NCBI GenBank assembly: GCA_004297205.1
Contig: SCUL01000001.1
Location: 93,862 to 157,861 of the forward strand
Reading direction: 5' to 3'
DNA: 64,000 bases
Source: Patescibacteria group bacterium
GTDB taxonomy: Bacteria > Patescibacteriota > Patescibacteriia > 2-12-FULL-57-11
Shown here: positions 18,413 to 27,955 of the stretch, one piece after another
Numbering within the stretch: the stretch's first letter is position 1
Layout of the letters: each line of letters opens with the position of its first letter
The notes under the pieces: model-generated
Seen by the model: the letters and a program-made list of their open reading frames with translations, nothing else
Database searches by the model: none
Told to the model about the DNA's origin: nothing
Translations under genes and position numbers: made by a program

Positions 18413-18922
18413 TTAACGCTTCGCGCGGATCGTGGTGACGCCCAACTCGCTGTCGCAGGCGATCACTTCGATGCGGTTGCCGGACGTCTTATTGATGGCG
18501 TAGCGGGTATTTTCGGCCGTGCCCGTGTTCGGATCCATCGGGATCTCCGCCAGATAGGTTTCCACGAGGTCGCTGGTCAGATCGCTGCAGGCCGCCGTCA
18601 GAGATTCGACGGGGATGCCCGCACATGCCGTTGCATTGCAGCCGGTCGTCGCCGTACCGAGCATCTGGTAACTCGTCGCGAGCGCATCGATGTTCTTCGG
18701 GAACGTGTTGCGGTTGTCTTTCATGTACTCAAGCACGGCTTCCACGACGTCGCGCACGTCCTGGCGTCGGACCGCATTGCGCGCTTCCGCGAAGCGGCGC
18801 GCCGGGTCGACGGCGACCAGGATGACCGCGAAGAGAATGCCGATGATGCCGATGATGATGAGCAATTCAATGAGCGTGAACCCCTTCTGCTTCCGTTCCG
18901 TACGTATTTCTCCCCCCTGCAT
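18413..18922 (-). CDS. Type IV pilin-like protein
   Basis: Prepilin motif KGFTLIELLIIIGIIGIL; YLAEIPMDP. Confidence 0.9.
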   Translation of the reverse strand: MQGGEIRTERKQKGFTLIELLIIIGIIGILFAVILVAVDPARRFAEARNAVRRQDVRDVVEAVLEYMKDNRNTFPKNIDALATSYQMLGTATTGCNATACAGIPVESLTAACSDLTSDLVETYLAEIPMDPNTGTAENTRYAINKTSGNRIEVIACDSELGVTTIRAKR

Positions 18923-18978
18923 AGTGAGTCGCTTATATTACTTATGCACACGACCGTATTGCATCCAATATAGCACAC

Positions 18979-19482
18979 TCACCGGGCGGAATAGAGATCG
19001 GTGACCCCCGACTCCGGATCGCATGATCCGACGAGGACGCGCCCGTCGGCAGTGCGGTTGATGAAGTAGTCGGTGTTGGCGTCGGTCCCGGTTTTCGGGT
19101 CTTTCGGAACTTCGGCGATGTAGCCGCCGACCAGCGCGCCGCCGAGATCGAGACAGGAGGGAAGCGTCGTCGTCGCCGTGCAGGTGATGTCGCACCCCGA
19201 GGGAGCGGTGCCGATGACCTGCGAACTCGTGCCCGGGGAGTCGAGACCCGGCGGATCATTGCCGGTGTCGATCGTGAAGGCCAGCACCGCCTCCACGACG
19301 TCGCGCACGTCCTCGCGGCGGTTGGCGTTTCGCGTCTGCGCGAAACGGCCCGCCGGGTCGACGGCGACGAAGATGACGGAAAACAGGACGGCGACGATGC
19401 CGACGACCACGAGAAGCTCGATGAGGACGAATCCCTCGACGCGGCTCGGCGCACATGCTTTGTTGTGTCGCAGGTATCTCAT
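18979..19482 (-). CDS. Type IV pilin-like protein (paralogue of the neighbouring pilin)
   Basis: EGFVLIELLVVVGIVAVL; AVDPAGRFAQTRNANRREDVRDVVEAVL; YIAEVPKDP. Confidence 0.88.
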   Translation of the reverse strand: MRYLRHNKACAPSRVEGFVLIELLVVVGIVAVLFSVIFVAVDPAGRFAQTRNANRREDVRDVVEAVLAFTIDTGNDPPGLDSPGTSSQVIGTAPSGCDITCTATTTLPSCLDLGGALVGGYIAEVPKDPKTGTDANTDYFINRTADGRVLVGSCDPESGVTDLYSAR

Positions 19483-19517
19483 AGGAAAAATCTCGTTCCG
19501 TGCCGGCCCTGGGCGCC

Positions 19518-20819
19518 TCACGGCGTCATTTCGTCGAAAACGTCGTCGATCGTGGTCACGCCGGCAAGCACCTTGGCGATGCCGTCGTCGAACAAGGTGG
19601 TCATGCCCTTGCGGATGGCTTCCCGGCGGATGATGTCGGCGCCGGCCCGTGCCATGATCAGGTCGCGGATGGCCTCGTCCACCTCCATCGTCTCATAAAT
19701 GCCGACGCGGCCCAACGTGCCGCGGAAGCCGCAGGCGGCGCAGCCGACGCCTTTGGAGAGCTGGACCGTGCGCTTGCCCGCGAAGAGCGTCTTCTTTACG
19801 TCCTTCGGCAGGTTCTCCGGCAGCTGGTCTTCCTGGACGGTGTAGCTTTGGATGCAGTGGGGGCAGACGCGGCGCACCAGCCGCTGTGCGATGATGAGCG
19901 AAATCGTCGAGGCCATCAGGAACGGCGTGACGTTCATGTCCCGCAGGCGCGGAATGCACGCCGGCGCGTCGTTGGCGAGCAGTGCGGACAACACCAGATG
20001 GCCCGTGAGCGCGGCGTCGGCGGCGATGGAGGCGGTTTTCCGGTCGCGGATTTCCCCGACCATGATGACTTCGGGGTCCCGGCGGATGACGGACCGAAGC
20101 CCTTCGGCGAACGTCGGATGCGTTTCTGGGTTGACGTGGAGCTGGGTGACGTCGGCCAGTTGGTATTCGACCGGATCCTCGACGGTAGCGATGCCGGCCC
20201 CGCGTTCGTTCAGAACCTTCAACAGGGCGTAGAGCGTGGTCGTCTTGCCGGAGTCGGAGGGACCGGCGACGACGATCATGCCGAACGGACGGTCGAGGGC
20301 CGAGCGGACTTTTTTCATGTCTTCTTGGGACAATCCGAGGTCTTCGAGCGCATGCCGCCGGGACGTGCCGGCACGCAGCCGCATGATGACCTTTTCGCCT
20401 TCGATGACGGGGGTGGTCGAAACGCGGACGTCGACGCGCTGTTCGCCGGTCTTAATTTTGGCGAGGGTCTTGATGCGGGCGACGATCGGCTCGTGCAGCC
20501 GCTTCGGCAGGGTTACCACGTCGTGGAGCAGGCCGTCGACGCAGAACCGGACCGCCGTCTGCGTCTCCCGCGGCTCGATGTGGACGTCGGAGGCGCGGTT
20601 CTCGCAACCGTATGCCAGGATCGCATCGACGATCTTGACGATCGACGGATCTTCCGGATGGTGAACGCCGCCGACGGACCGGACCTGCGTGTCGATGAAC
20701 TTGGTGAACGCCGTTTCAAAGCCGGCCTCGGGGACCAATCCGAGGCCGAGCACCGTTTTTTTCAACGTGTCAGGAGCGACAAACGACATGTCATTCTTCG
20801 TAGCCTCCCTCGGCATCAA
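19518..20819 (-). CDS. PilB/GspE-family secretion ATPase with degenerate motifs
   Basis: RASDVHIEP, GPSDSGKTTTLY, TVEDPVEY, RRDPEVIMVGEIRD, AQRLVRRVC, CxxC-CxxC. Confidence 0.88.
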   Translation of the reverse strand: MMPREATKNDMSFVAPDTLKKTVLGLGLVPEAGFETAFTKFIDTQVRSVGGVHHPEDPSIVKIVDAILAYGCENRASDVHIEPRETQTAVRFCVDGLLHDVVTLPKRLHEPIVARIKTLAKIKTGEQRVDVRVSTTPVIEGEKVIMRLRAGTSRRHALEDLGLSQEDMKKVRSALDRPFGMIVVAGPSDSGKTTTLYALLKVLNERGAGIATVEDPVEYQLADVTQLHVNPETHPTFAEGLRSVIRRDPEVIMVGEIRDRKTASIAADAALTGHLVLSALLANDAPACIPRLRDMNVTPFLMASTISLIIAQRLVRRVCPHCIQSYTVQEDQLPENLPKDVKKTLFAGKRTVQLSKGVGCAACGFRGTLGRVGIYETMEVDEAIRDLIMARAGADIIRREAIRKGMTTLFDDGIAKVLAGVTTIDDVFDEMTP

Positions 20820-20995
20820 TCGTCCTCTTCATCCTCGGCGGATTCGTATTTCAAGGGTTCGATTTGAAAGCGTTCCTTGCATGTCTCCGTGTCGAACTCC
20901 CACACGTCGTCACCGCGGCGCAAAACGACCGGATTGCCGTTGATGGGCGCGGCGCACACCGGACACTTTTTGATCGGCGGTGGCGGAAGCGTCAT
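20816..20995 (-). CDS. Small YHS-like metal-binding protein
   Basis: KCPVCAAPI...WEFDTETCKERFQIEPLKY. Confidence 0.65.
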   Translation of the reverse strand: MTLPPPPIKKCPVCAAPINGNPVVLRRGDDVWEFDTETCKERFQIEPLKYESAEDEEDD

Positions 20996-21028
20996 ATGTA
21001 GAAAGTATAGCAAAAAACGCGCCGGAGC

Positions 21029-22357
21029 TCACGGAGTGTCCCCCGCGGAACGGGATGGTACGGGCACGTCCGGCGGCATCGGGGCGCGTTGCGTCGAAAC
21101 GTACACGTACCCGTCGCGCGTGAGCGTCGGATAAAAGGGAACGCAGTCCTTGCGGAAGGCCGGCGGACCGCAGCCGTCTTTCGTGGAGTATTCCCAACCG
21201 TGCCAGGGGCAGACCAGGTGGCCTGCGGCGTTGAAGCTGCCTTTGTGGAGCGGCCCTTTCTGGTGGGCGCAGAAGTTCGACACCGCCAGGTAACGGTTCG
21301 TCAGCTTGAAAACGGCGATCGGCCGGCCGTCCAGGAAAAACTTCTCGCCGACGCGCGGCTGAAATTCGTCCTCGCGGGCCACGGCGACGTAGCGCACTCC
21401 CCCTTCGCTCAGCTCGCGGCCGAGCTTGATGACGCGTTCGCGCGCACGGCGATCCCCGGACCAGCGCAACACGAGGCCGACCAGATGCGAGCCTGCCACG
21501 AACGCCGCGAGCAGCACGAAGGCCGTCTGCAGCCAGCGGCCCTGGTATTGCACGACGCCGGCCCAGACATGGGCCACGGCCATGGCATAGGCGGCATAGA
21601 CCATGGCGTGCATCTGCTTCCAACCCCAGACGCGGCGGATGATCCGTGCGGTCAGCGGGTTGCGGACGACGAGCAGTCCGTACACGACCGTTCCGGCAGG
21701 AAGCGCCAGCGTCCACCACGGCAAACCCGGCTGCCGGGAGAGCACCCACCAGGCGATCGCGGCGTACCCCAGCACCATCATGAGGTGCGCGATCTGCCAG
21801 GTCCGCTCTTTGACGTGCTTCTGCCAGCGGTCGTTCGACGTCACCGCCAGGAAGAACAGGAAGTACGTGGCGGTGAAGCCGAAAAAGGTGAAAACCGCGC
21901 CGAACGCTTCCGTGAGCTGGCCGTTGTAGTAACTGCGCACCACGGTCGTGGCATGCAGCTCCGCCAGCAGGAACACGGTGACGCCCAGGTGGCGGCGGTG
22001 CGTGACGAGCCGCATGACCCACTTTTGCCACCACGACCACGGCCCGATCAAGAGAACGGCGTGGAACAGCAAGAAGGCGTCAATGGCCGCCGTACGCAGC
22101 ACGAGCGTCACCGGATCGAGGTCGGGAAAGGCAAAGTGCGCGACGATGAAGCTGACGGCGAGCACCGCGGCCAGAGCGACGTCGAACCAGGCGCGCAGGG
22201 CTGCCGAAACCGCGGCGACGATCAGGAAAAAAGCGACGACCGCGGCGAGATAGAAAACATCGAAGGCGCCGGCCACGCCCCCCAGGGCGATGAATCCTGC
22301 CGCCGCGATCAAGATGCCGCGGATGCGCCAACGCTCGCGGAGGTTCACGGCGGCCAT
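21029..22357 (-). CDS. Ferric-reductase/MsrQ-like heme membrane protein fused to a C-terminal Rieske [2Fe-2S] domain
   Basis: RRHLGV, LAVTSND, WQIAHL, WKQMHAMVY TM motifs; CAHQKGPL...CPWHGWEY. Confidence 0.85.
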   Translation of the reverse strand: MAAVNLRERWRIRGILIAAAGFIALGGVAGAFDVFYLAAVVAFFLIVAAVSAALRAWFDVALAAVLAVSFIVAHFAFPDLDPVTLVLRTAAIDAFLLFHAVLLIGPWSWWQKWVMRLVTHRRHLGVTVFLLAELHATTVVRSYYNGQLTEAFGAVFTFFGFTATYFLFFLAVTSNDRWQKHVKERTWQIAHLMMVLGYAAIAWWVLSRQPGLPWWTLALPAGTVVYGLLVVRNPLTARIIRRVWGWKQMHAMVYAAYAMAVAHVWAGVVQYQGRWLQTAFVLLAAFVAGSHLVGLVLRWSGDRRARERVIKLGRELSEGGVRYVAVAREDEFQPRVGEKFFLDGRPIAVFKLTNRYLAVSNFCAHQKGPLHKGSFNAAGHLVCPWHGWEYSTKDGCGPPAFRKDCVPFYPTLTRDGYVYVSTQRAPMPPDVPVPSRSAGDTP

Positions 22358-22360
22358 AGG

Positions 22361-22906
22361 TCAGTTGAGGGATGCGGCGGTGAACACCACCTTGAACGGC
22401 ACGCAGTAGACGACGACGCTGCGCCAGTCTTCGTCCGCTTTATCGTCCGGAATCTCGTAGACCTGCCCGCCGGACGGCGACTTGAGCGCTCCCAGATCGA
22501 GGTCGCCCATGCTGTGCAGGTCGGTACTCGAGCCGGGATCCGGATGGCCGGCCAGAAAGACGTGCAACCGCGGGCCGGCATCGGTCTTGAACGCGGCATC
22601 GAGCACGAGATACGTCTTGCCGTCCTTGCGGGTGATCGTCGCCGTCCCCTGCCCCGCATGAGCCTTCTCCCGGAAGGTGCCGGAGCGCATCTTTTCTTCA
22701 CGCTTCAGCATGAGGGCGAAATCGTCCTCCATGGCCATCTCGATCTCCGGCAGGTACTGCGGCGGGTTCACGCGCATTTCCTCATCCATGGCACGCTGCA
22801 ACTGTTCCGGCGTCATGTTCGTGGTGTCCGGATACTCGTTGGTGGAGACGGAACAACCCGCCCCGAGCAGGGTGAACATGGAAAGCACGACGATCAGGCG
22901 TTTCAT
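22361..22906 (-). CDS. DM13-domain lipoprotein
   Basis: Lipobox LLGAGC; GPRLHVFLA, DLGALKSPSGGQVYEIP, SVVVYCVPFKVVFTAASL. Confidence 0.88.
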   Translation of the reverse strand: MKRLIVVLSMFTLLGAGCSVSTNEYPDTTNMTPEQLQRAMDEEMRVNPPQYLPEIEMAMEDDFALMLKREEKMRSGTFREKAHAGQGTATITRKDGKTYLVLDAAFKTDAGPRLHVFLAGHPDPGSSTDLHSMGDLDLGALKSPSGGQVYEIPDDKADEDWRSVVVYCVPFKVVFTAASLN

Positions 22907-23889
22907 GCAGGCACCGGTGAGGATTCTTGGCCGAAGTATACCAAATCCAGAGCCGCCACCAGCTCGGCGCGCGAGGCGATGCGCACCAGGCGGCCGCGCA
23001 GCTCCTTGGCGCCGTGCGCACCCTTGTAGTACCAGGCCAAGTGCTTACGCATCAGAACCGCGGCCTGCGCCTCGCCGTGTTCCTCAGCCATCAAGTCGAA
23101 GTGTTCGAGGATGGTGCGGCGGCGCGTCGCCTCGTCGATCACGGTGCGGACTTCGCCGGAGCGCAGGATCTCCTCCATCTGCGCCATGCGCCAGGGATTG
23201 CCGAGCGCGCCGCGGGCCACGAGCACGCCGTCGGCGCCGCTGATGCGCAACGCTTCCACGGCTTGTTCCGGCCGGTGGATGTCGCCGTTGGCCAGTAACG
23301 GAATGTGTACACGTTTCGCAACCTCGCCGATGCGCGCCCAATCCGAGACGCCGGAGTAGCCCTGCGCCTTGGTCCGGCCGTGAACAGTGAGGAGCGCCGC
23401 CCCCGCCTGTTCCAAACGCGGTGCAAAATCCTTGGCTTCGTCCGGATCGCTCCAGCCGAGCCGGATCTTCACGGACACGGGCACCGGCACGGACGCCGCC
23501 ACCTGACGGACGATTTCCTCGGCCCGCTCCGGCTCCTTCATGAGCGCCGCGCCGTTGAAATCCGAGGTGATCTTGTAGACGGGACAGCCCATGTTGATGT
23601 CGATGGCGTCCGGTTGGTGCGTTTCATGGACGATGCGCGCCGCCTCGGCCATGACCGACGGATCCTTGCCGAAGATCTGCTGGACCATGGGCCGCTCTTC
23701 CGGATGGAACGCCGCCATCCGCAACGTTTTGGCGCTGCCGCGAACAATGGCTTCAGCCGAGACCATTTCGCGGAACACAATCTTGGCCCCGAAGCGCTTG
23801 GCGACGCGGCAGAACGGCGAATCGGTCATGTCGGCCATCGGGGACAGCGCCACGATGGGCCGCGGCTGGTCGTTCCAGGAAAACGGCAT
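22903..23889 (-). CDS. dusB: tRNA-dihydrouridine synthase
   Basis: LSPMADMTDSPF, IDINMGCP, PVSVKIRLGW, TVHGRT, ANGDI, RGALGNPW. Confidence 0.93.
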   Translation of the reverse strand: MPFSWNDQPRPIVALSPMADMTDSPFCRVAKRFGAKIVFREMVSAEAIVRGSAKTLRMAAFHPEERPMVQQIFGKDPSVMAEAARIVHETHQPDAIDINMGCPVYKITSDFNGAALMKEPERAEEIVRQVAASVPVPVSVKIRLGWSDPDEAKDFAPRLEQAGAALLTVHGRTKAQGYSGVSDWARIGEVAKRVHIPLLANGDIHRPEQAVEALRISGADGVLVARGALGNPWRMAQMEEILRSGEVRTVIDEATRRRTILEHFDLMAEEHGEAQAAVLMRKHLAWYYKGAHGAKELRGRLVRIASRAELVAALDLVYFGQESSPVPA

Positions 23890-23897
23890 AAACGTGC

Positions 23898-23924
23898 GTA
23901 GGGGCGGGTTTTCCCCGCCCCTAC
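23898..23924. repeat. GTAG-type REP-like palindrome
   Basis: GTAGGGGCGGG-ttttc-CCCGCCCCTAC, perfect 11-bp arms, intergenic. Confidence 0.6.
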
Positions 23925-23959
23925 CAGACCGTGAACCTACCAGAAAATTGCGTCCGTGT

Positions 23960-25450
23960 CTACTGTTTCACCCCGGCAATCGCTGCCTGAGCGCGGTAGG
24001 CCGAGACGGTCATCCGGCGCCAGTCAATCTGTCCCGACACTCCAGGCCTGACAGCCTTCAGCCGCTCGCAAGAAAACCTGCTGGTAAACGCCTCGTTGGG
24101 TGACGCCGTTGTGAATGGAGATACCTCGGCACAGGCAAACTCGGCCATGGTCGGAACCGCATCAGCGGACAAATGAAGCATGTATGGAACGTCCAACCTG
24201 TCTGTTTTTCCGCTTAAGATGCGTTCGGCGTTGAATCGCACGACGAACCCCTCAACGTTGAACAACAAGAGCGCCGAGACGACGACGAGCACGCCCGGAA
24301 AGGCGTACTTGGCCAGGTCGTGGTACTTCACCTTGGCCAATGCACCGACAAAGCAGGAGACGAGTACGGCCGCGATGATACCGATCGTCACCAGCGCCCA
24401 GTAGCGCGACACGGAAAGCCCGTACGCGTCGATGTAGAGCAGCAGGCGGTTGATCGCAGAAACGATCACCACGCCGGTCTGCGCGATGAGGAGCAGGGAC
24501 AGGCCCCGTGTCCCCCACTGCCGCAGTTCGGTTTGCCGGTAGATCGCCCAGATGACGCCGAAGACGATGCCGGCGACGGCCAAGAGCTGGAAGAATCCTT
24601 GCCGCGCGTACTCGGCGTAGGTCAGCCCCTGGCTTTCCACGAAGGCCTGGCCGCCGAAGAACGTGACCGTTTGGAACGCCAGGAACACCACGAACAGCGC
24701 GTTCAACAACCCAAGAAAGGTCATGACCACGGTGCGGTCGAGCGAGGCGTCGTGCGCGGCGGTCGAGGGTTTGCGCCCTTCGATGGCGCGGGTCAGCAGC
24801 AGCCAGCCGCCGCCCAGGAAGAACAGCAGGGCGACCGCATCACGGCACAGGCGGAACAGCGTCCGTGCCAGGTCCACGTCATCGAACACTCCCTCGATCC
24901 CCTTCCGGAACAGCGGATCAGCGCCGGCGAACAGCGCGCCGATGACGATCAAGAACGGAATCGCCAGAACGACGCCGCCGAGGACCGGCGTCCAGTCGCG
25001 CTTGCCGCTGCGCGTCGTCAGCATTTCCGCCGTTCCGCGCACCGGGAACAGGACTTCCGGCACGATGCGCCGCGGCCAGAGCGATTGCACCTCGTCGAAC
25101 CGCAGGCGCGGCACGGTCAACCAGTACGAGAAAAAGGTCAGTGACACGAACGTGATCAGGAAGCCGAGCGCGGCCACCACGTCGCTGGCATACAACGTTT
25201 CCGCCGCCAGCGTGAAGGCCACCGGAACCAGGAACAGGAATGCCCAGGTGTTCAGCGGCTTCGAGGACATGACGGCCAGCACCAGCATGCCGGCGATGAG
25301 AACCGCCGCGAACAGCACGAAACCGAATCCGTGCCCGGATGGAATCAACAAAAAGTGAAAGGCCAGCGTCGCGGCGAATGCCGTGAGCATGGTCGCGACG
25401 ACCAGATGAGCCTTGTGGTGCGGGTGCGGCGCGGACAGGTCAAAAGCCAT
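23960..25450 (-). CDS. DUF4153/DUF4173-like membrane protein
   Basis: LFAGADPLF, LTYAEYARQGFFQLLAVA, RLLLYIDAYGLSVSR, LSADAVP. Confidence 0.85.
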   Translation of the reverse strand: MAFDLSAPHPHHKAHLVVATMLTAFAATLAFHFLLIPSGHGFGFVLFAAVLIAGMLVLAVMSSKPLNTWAFLFLVPVAFTLAAETLYASDVVAALGFLITFVSLTFFSYWLTVPRLRFDEVQSLWPRRIVPEVLFPVRGTAEMLTTRSGKRDWTPVLGGVVLAIPFLIVIGALFAGADPLFRKGIEGVFDDVDLARTLFRLCRDAVALLFFLGGGWLLLTRAIEGRKPSTAAHDASLDRTVVMTFLGLLNALFVVFLAFQTVTFFGGQAFVESQGLTYAEYARQGFFQLLAVAGIVFGVIWAIYRQTELRQWGTRGLSLLLIAQTGVVIVSAINRLLLYIDAYGLSVSRYWALVTIGIIAAVLVSCFVGALAKVKYHDLAKYAFPGVLVVVSALLLFNVEGFVVRFNAERILSGKTDRLDVPYMLHLSADAVPTMAEFACAEVSPFTTASPNEAFTSRFSCERLKAVRPGVSGQIDWRRMTVSAYRAQAAIAGVKQ

Positions 25451-25462
25451 ATGCGATGGACG

Positions 25463-26815
25463 TTACACGATCATGGACGGCGCTTCCAGTTCGGACGGCC
25501 GTTTGAAAATCACGTCTTCGATGCGGTAGGTGCCATGGGTCGGCGCTTCGATAAAGCCGTTCCAGGCCATGCGGGCCAGGCCGCCGGACTGCAACCAGTC
25601 GAACAACCATTCGTCCGTGTACCGCTCGTCGTTCTGGGCCACGCCGCCGCCGACCTGCTGCAGCCACAGCCGGTTGAAATCTTCCTGCGATCCCACCGAC
25701 GGCGCCAGGATGAGCGGGATGCCGAGACCCGTATAAAAGGACAGTTCGGACGGCTTGGTCCACAGCAGGTCCGTGGCGCGCAGCGTCTGGCTGAACTCGC
25801 GAAAGTAGGCGGGGCGGTCTTCGGCGAGCATCACGTTGATGCTCTTGCCGAGTTCCTTGCCGAGTCCGAGCGTTTTCACTTCGTCCCGGAAGAACCGCGC
25901 CACCTCGGCACGCACGCCGGCCACCAGGTTGATCTGCACGTCGTGGTGCTTGAGACGGCGGCGCAACGACTTGCAGATGTTGATACCCAGCTGCTTTTGC
26001 GCGCCGGCGCCGCCCACGCAGAAGGTGATGGTCAGCGGGTGGTCGGCTTTGGCCGGGCAGTACTTATTACCCAAAAAGAGGTCCAAGGTTTCCGCGTAGC
26101 GCATGCGGAAGGCGCCCGACGGGTCCAGGTTGCACAAACGGTTGCCCATGTCGCGCTTGATGATCGACGACCCCGGCCCGCCAATCAGCTCTTTCGGCAT
26201 CGGAAAACCGGTCAGGAAAATGTTCTTTTCCGGGACGCCGTACAGCTTCAGGCGCTCGACGACGCGGCCGTTCGACGCGAAGTACTTGATGCGGCTCTTC
26301 TTGGGGTCCTTGGCCACCCAGGCGCGGCTCATGTCCGCGTCGCAGACAACCATGTAAATGTCGTTCGGGTAGTCGTAGATTTCCGCGGCGAAGGCGGGAA
26401 TGAAAAACGTGGACACGAGCGGTCGGTCCGGATGTTCGCGCAGCCGCTCCACCAGGTCGCGTCCCAGTCCCCGCTTTTCGATCAGCGAGTAGGTCTGGCG
26501 CACCTGCAGGCTCGGCTCCGACAAATCGCGCCGCGGATAGAACTGCGGGATGCGCTGCAGCGAGTCGAGCACCTCGAAGACGTACGGGCCGATGACCGGC
26601 AGGGGTTTCAGGCGGGAAATCGTCTCGTAGACGGATTTGCCCTCATGCCACATGCGCTTGTCCTCGCGCGGGATGCCCGGATAGTTGTTGGCGATGATGT
26701 AGCCCTGCGGTCCGGCCAGGTCGCGCAGCGCATACGCGGCGCGCTCGTGGCCGTAGCCCATGTCCACGGCCACGACCCAGGCGCGCTTGTTTTTCGGCGC
26801 GGCGTGCGAATGCAT
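25463..26815 (-). CDS. Glycosyltransferase-B-like protein (diacylglycerol glycosyltransferase-related)
   Basis: VDMGYGHERAA, LTGFP, LWTKPSELSFYTGLGIP. Confidence 0.7.
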   Translation of the reverse strand: MHSHAAPKNKRAWVVAVDMGYGHERAAYALRDLAGPQGYIIANNYPGIPREDKRMWHEGKSVYETISRLKPLPVIGPYVFEVLDSLQRIPQFYPRRDLSEPSLQVRQTYSLIEKRGLGRDLVERLREHPDRPLVSTFFIPAFAAEIYDYPNDIYMVVCDADMSRAWVAKDPKKSRIKYFASNGRVVERLKLYGVPEKNIFLTGFPMPKELIGGPGSSIIKRDMGNRLCNLDPSGAFRMRYAETLDLFLGNKYCPAKADHPLTITFCVGGAGAQKQLGINICKSLRRRLKHHDVQINLVAGVRAEVARFFRDEVKTLGLGKELGKSINVMLAEDRPAYFREFSQTLRATDLLWTKPSELSFYTGLGIPLILAPSVGSQEDFNRLWLQQVGGGVAQNDERYTDEWLFDWLQSGGLARMAWNGFIEAPTHGTYRIEDVIFKRPSELEAPSMIV

Positions 26816-26872
26816 GCCGGCAGTATACCAAAACGCGCTCCCGCCGGGGAGCGCGTTTTTGCCGGTGTACGA

Positions 26873-27907
26873 TTACGAAGCCGACGGGCCGCCAAGGCGC
26901 TGGTTGGCGAGCTGTCCGCAGGCCGCGGCGATGTCCACGCCCGCCGAGTGGCGGATGGTGCAGGGCACGCCTTCGGCCATGACGGCTTCCTGGAACCGCT
27001 CGATCTCCGGGCGCGGCGTCGGCTTCCAGCTGAAAAAGGTCTGGTGGAACGGAATCAGGTTGACCTGCACGAGCGGCACGAACGGACGCAGCAGTTCGCC
27101 GAGTTCGCGCGCCAGCTCCGGCGTGTCGTTGATGCCGCGCAGCATGACGTATTCGATGAACAGCTTGCGGTTGGTCTTTTCGAGGTAGGTCTTGCAGGCG
27201 GCCATCAACTTCTCAAGCGGATAGGCCCTGTTGACCGGCATGATTTTGCTGCGCACCTCGTCGTTCGGCGCGTGCAGCGACACCGCCAGGTTGATCTGCA
27301 AGGGATAGTCGGCCAGTTTCAGGATGCCGGGCACGATGCCGCAGGTGGAAATGGAAATGCGGCGCGCGCCGAGCCCGAGTCCCTGCTCGTCGTTCATCTG
27401 CTCGACGGCGGGGAGGACCGCTTCCAGATTCTGGAGCGGCTCGCCCATGCCCATGAACACCACGTTCGTGACTTTCTCGCCCTCGCCGCGCGACTTCAAC
27501 AGCCGCTCAAAGTACAGCACCTGATCGACGATTTCGTCGGCCGTCAGGTTCCGCTTGAACCCCATGGTGCCGGTGGCACAAAAGCCGCACTTCATGGCGC
27601 AGCCCACCTGGGAGGAGACGCAGATCGTGCGGAACTCCTTGTTCGGGATCATCACGGCTTCGATTTCCTTGCCGTCCAGGAGCTTAAACAGGACTTTGAT
27701 CGTGCCGTCCTTGGACTGCGCGGTGTGCGACGGCTCCAGGGTCAGGGTCGGTTCATTTTCGAGCGCCGCGCGCAGCCCCTTGCTCAGCGTCGTGATATCA
27801 GAAAAACGCGCCACCTTCTGGACGTAGATGGCGTTCTCGATCTGCCGCATGCGGAAAGCGGGCTCTTTCCGCTCCTCCAGGATGGCTGCGATGCGCGCGC
27901 GGTCCAT
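26873..27907 (-). CDS. rlmN: Dual-specificity rRNA/tRNA m2A methyltransferase
   Basis: CVSSQVGCAMKCGFCATG, FMGMGEPL, AVSLHA, DIAAACGQL. Confidence 0.97.
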   Translation of the reverse strand: MDRARIAAILEERKEPAFRMRQIENAIYVQKVARFSDITTLSKGLRAALENEPTLTLEPSHTAQSKDGTIKVLFKLLDGKEIEAVMIPNKEFRTICVSSQVGCAMKCGFCATGTMGFKRNLTADEIVDQVLYFERLLKSRGEGEKVTNVVFMGMGEPLQNLEAVLPAVEQMNDEQGLGLGARRISISTCGIVPGILKLADYPLQINLAVSLHAPNDEVRSKIMPVNRAYPLEKLMAACKTYLEKTNRKLFIEYVMLRGINDTPELARELGELLRPFVPLVQVNLIPFHQTFFSWKPTPRPEIERFQEAVMAEGVPCTIRHSAGVDIAAACGQLANQRLGGPSAS

Positions 27908-27955
27908 AGCCGCCGAGTTCTACCATCAAAAAACGAACGTGTCCAGTAGTGCGGC

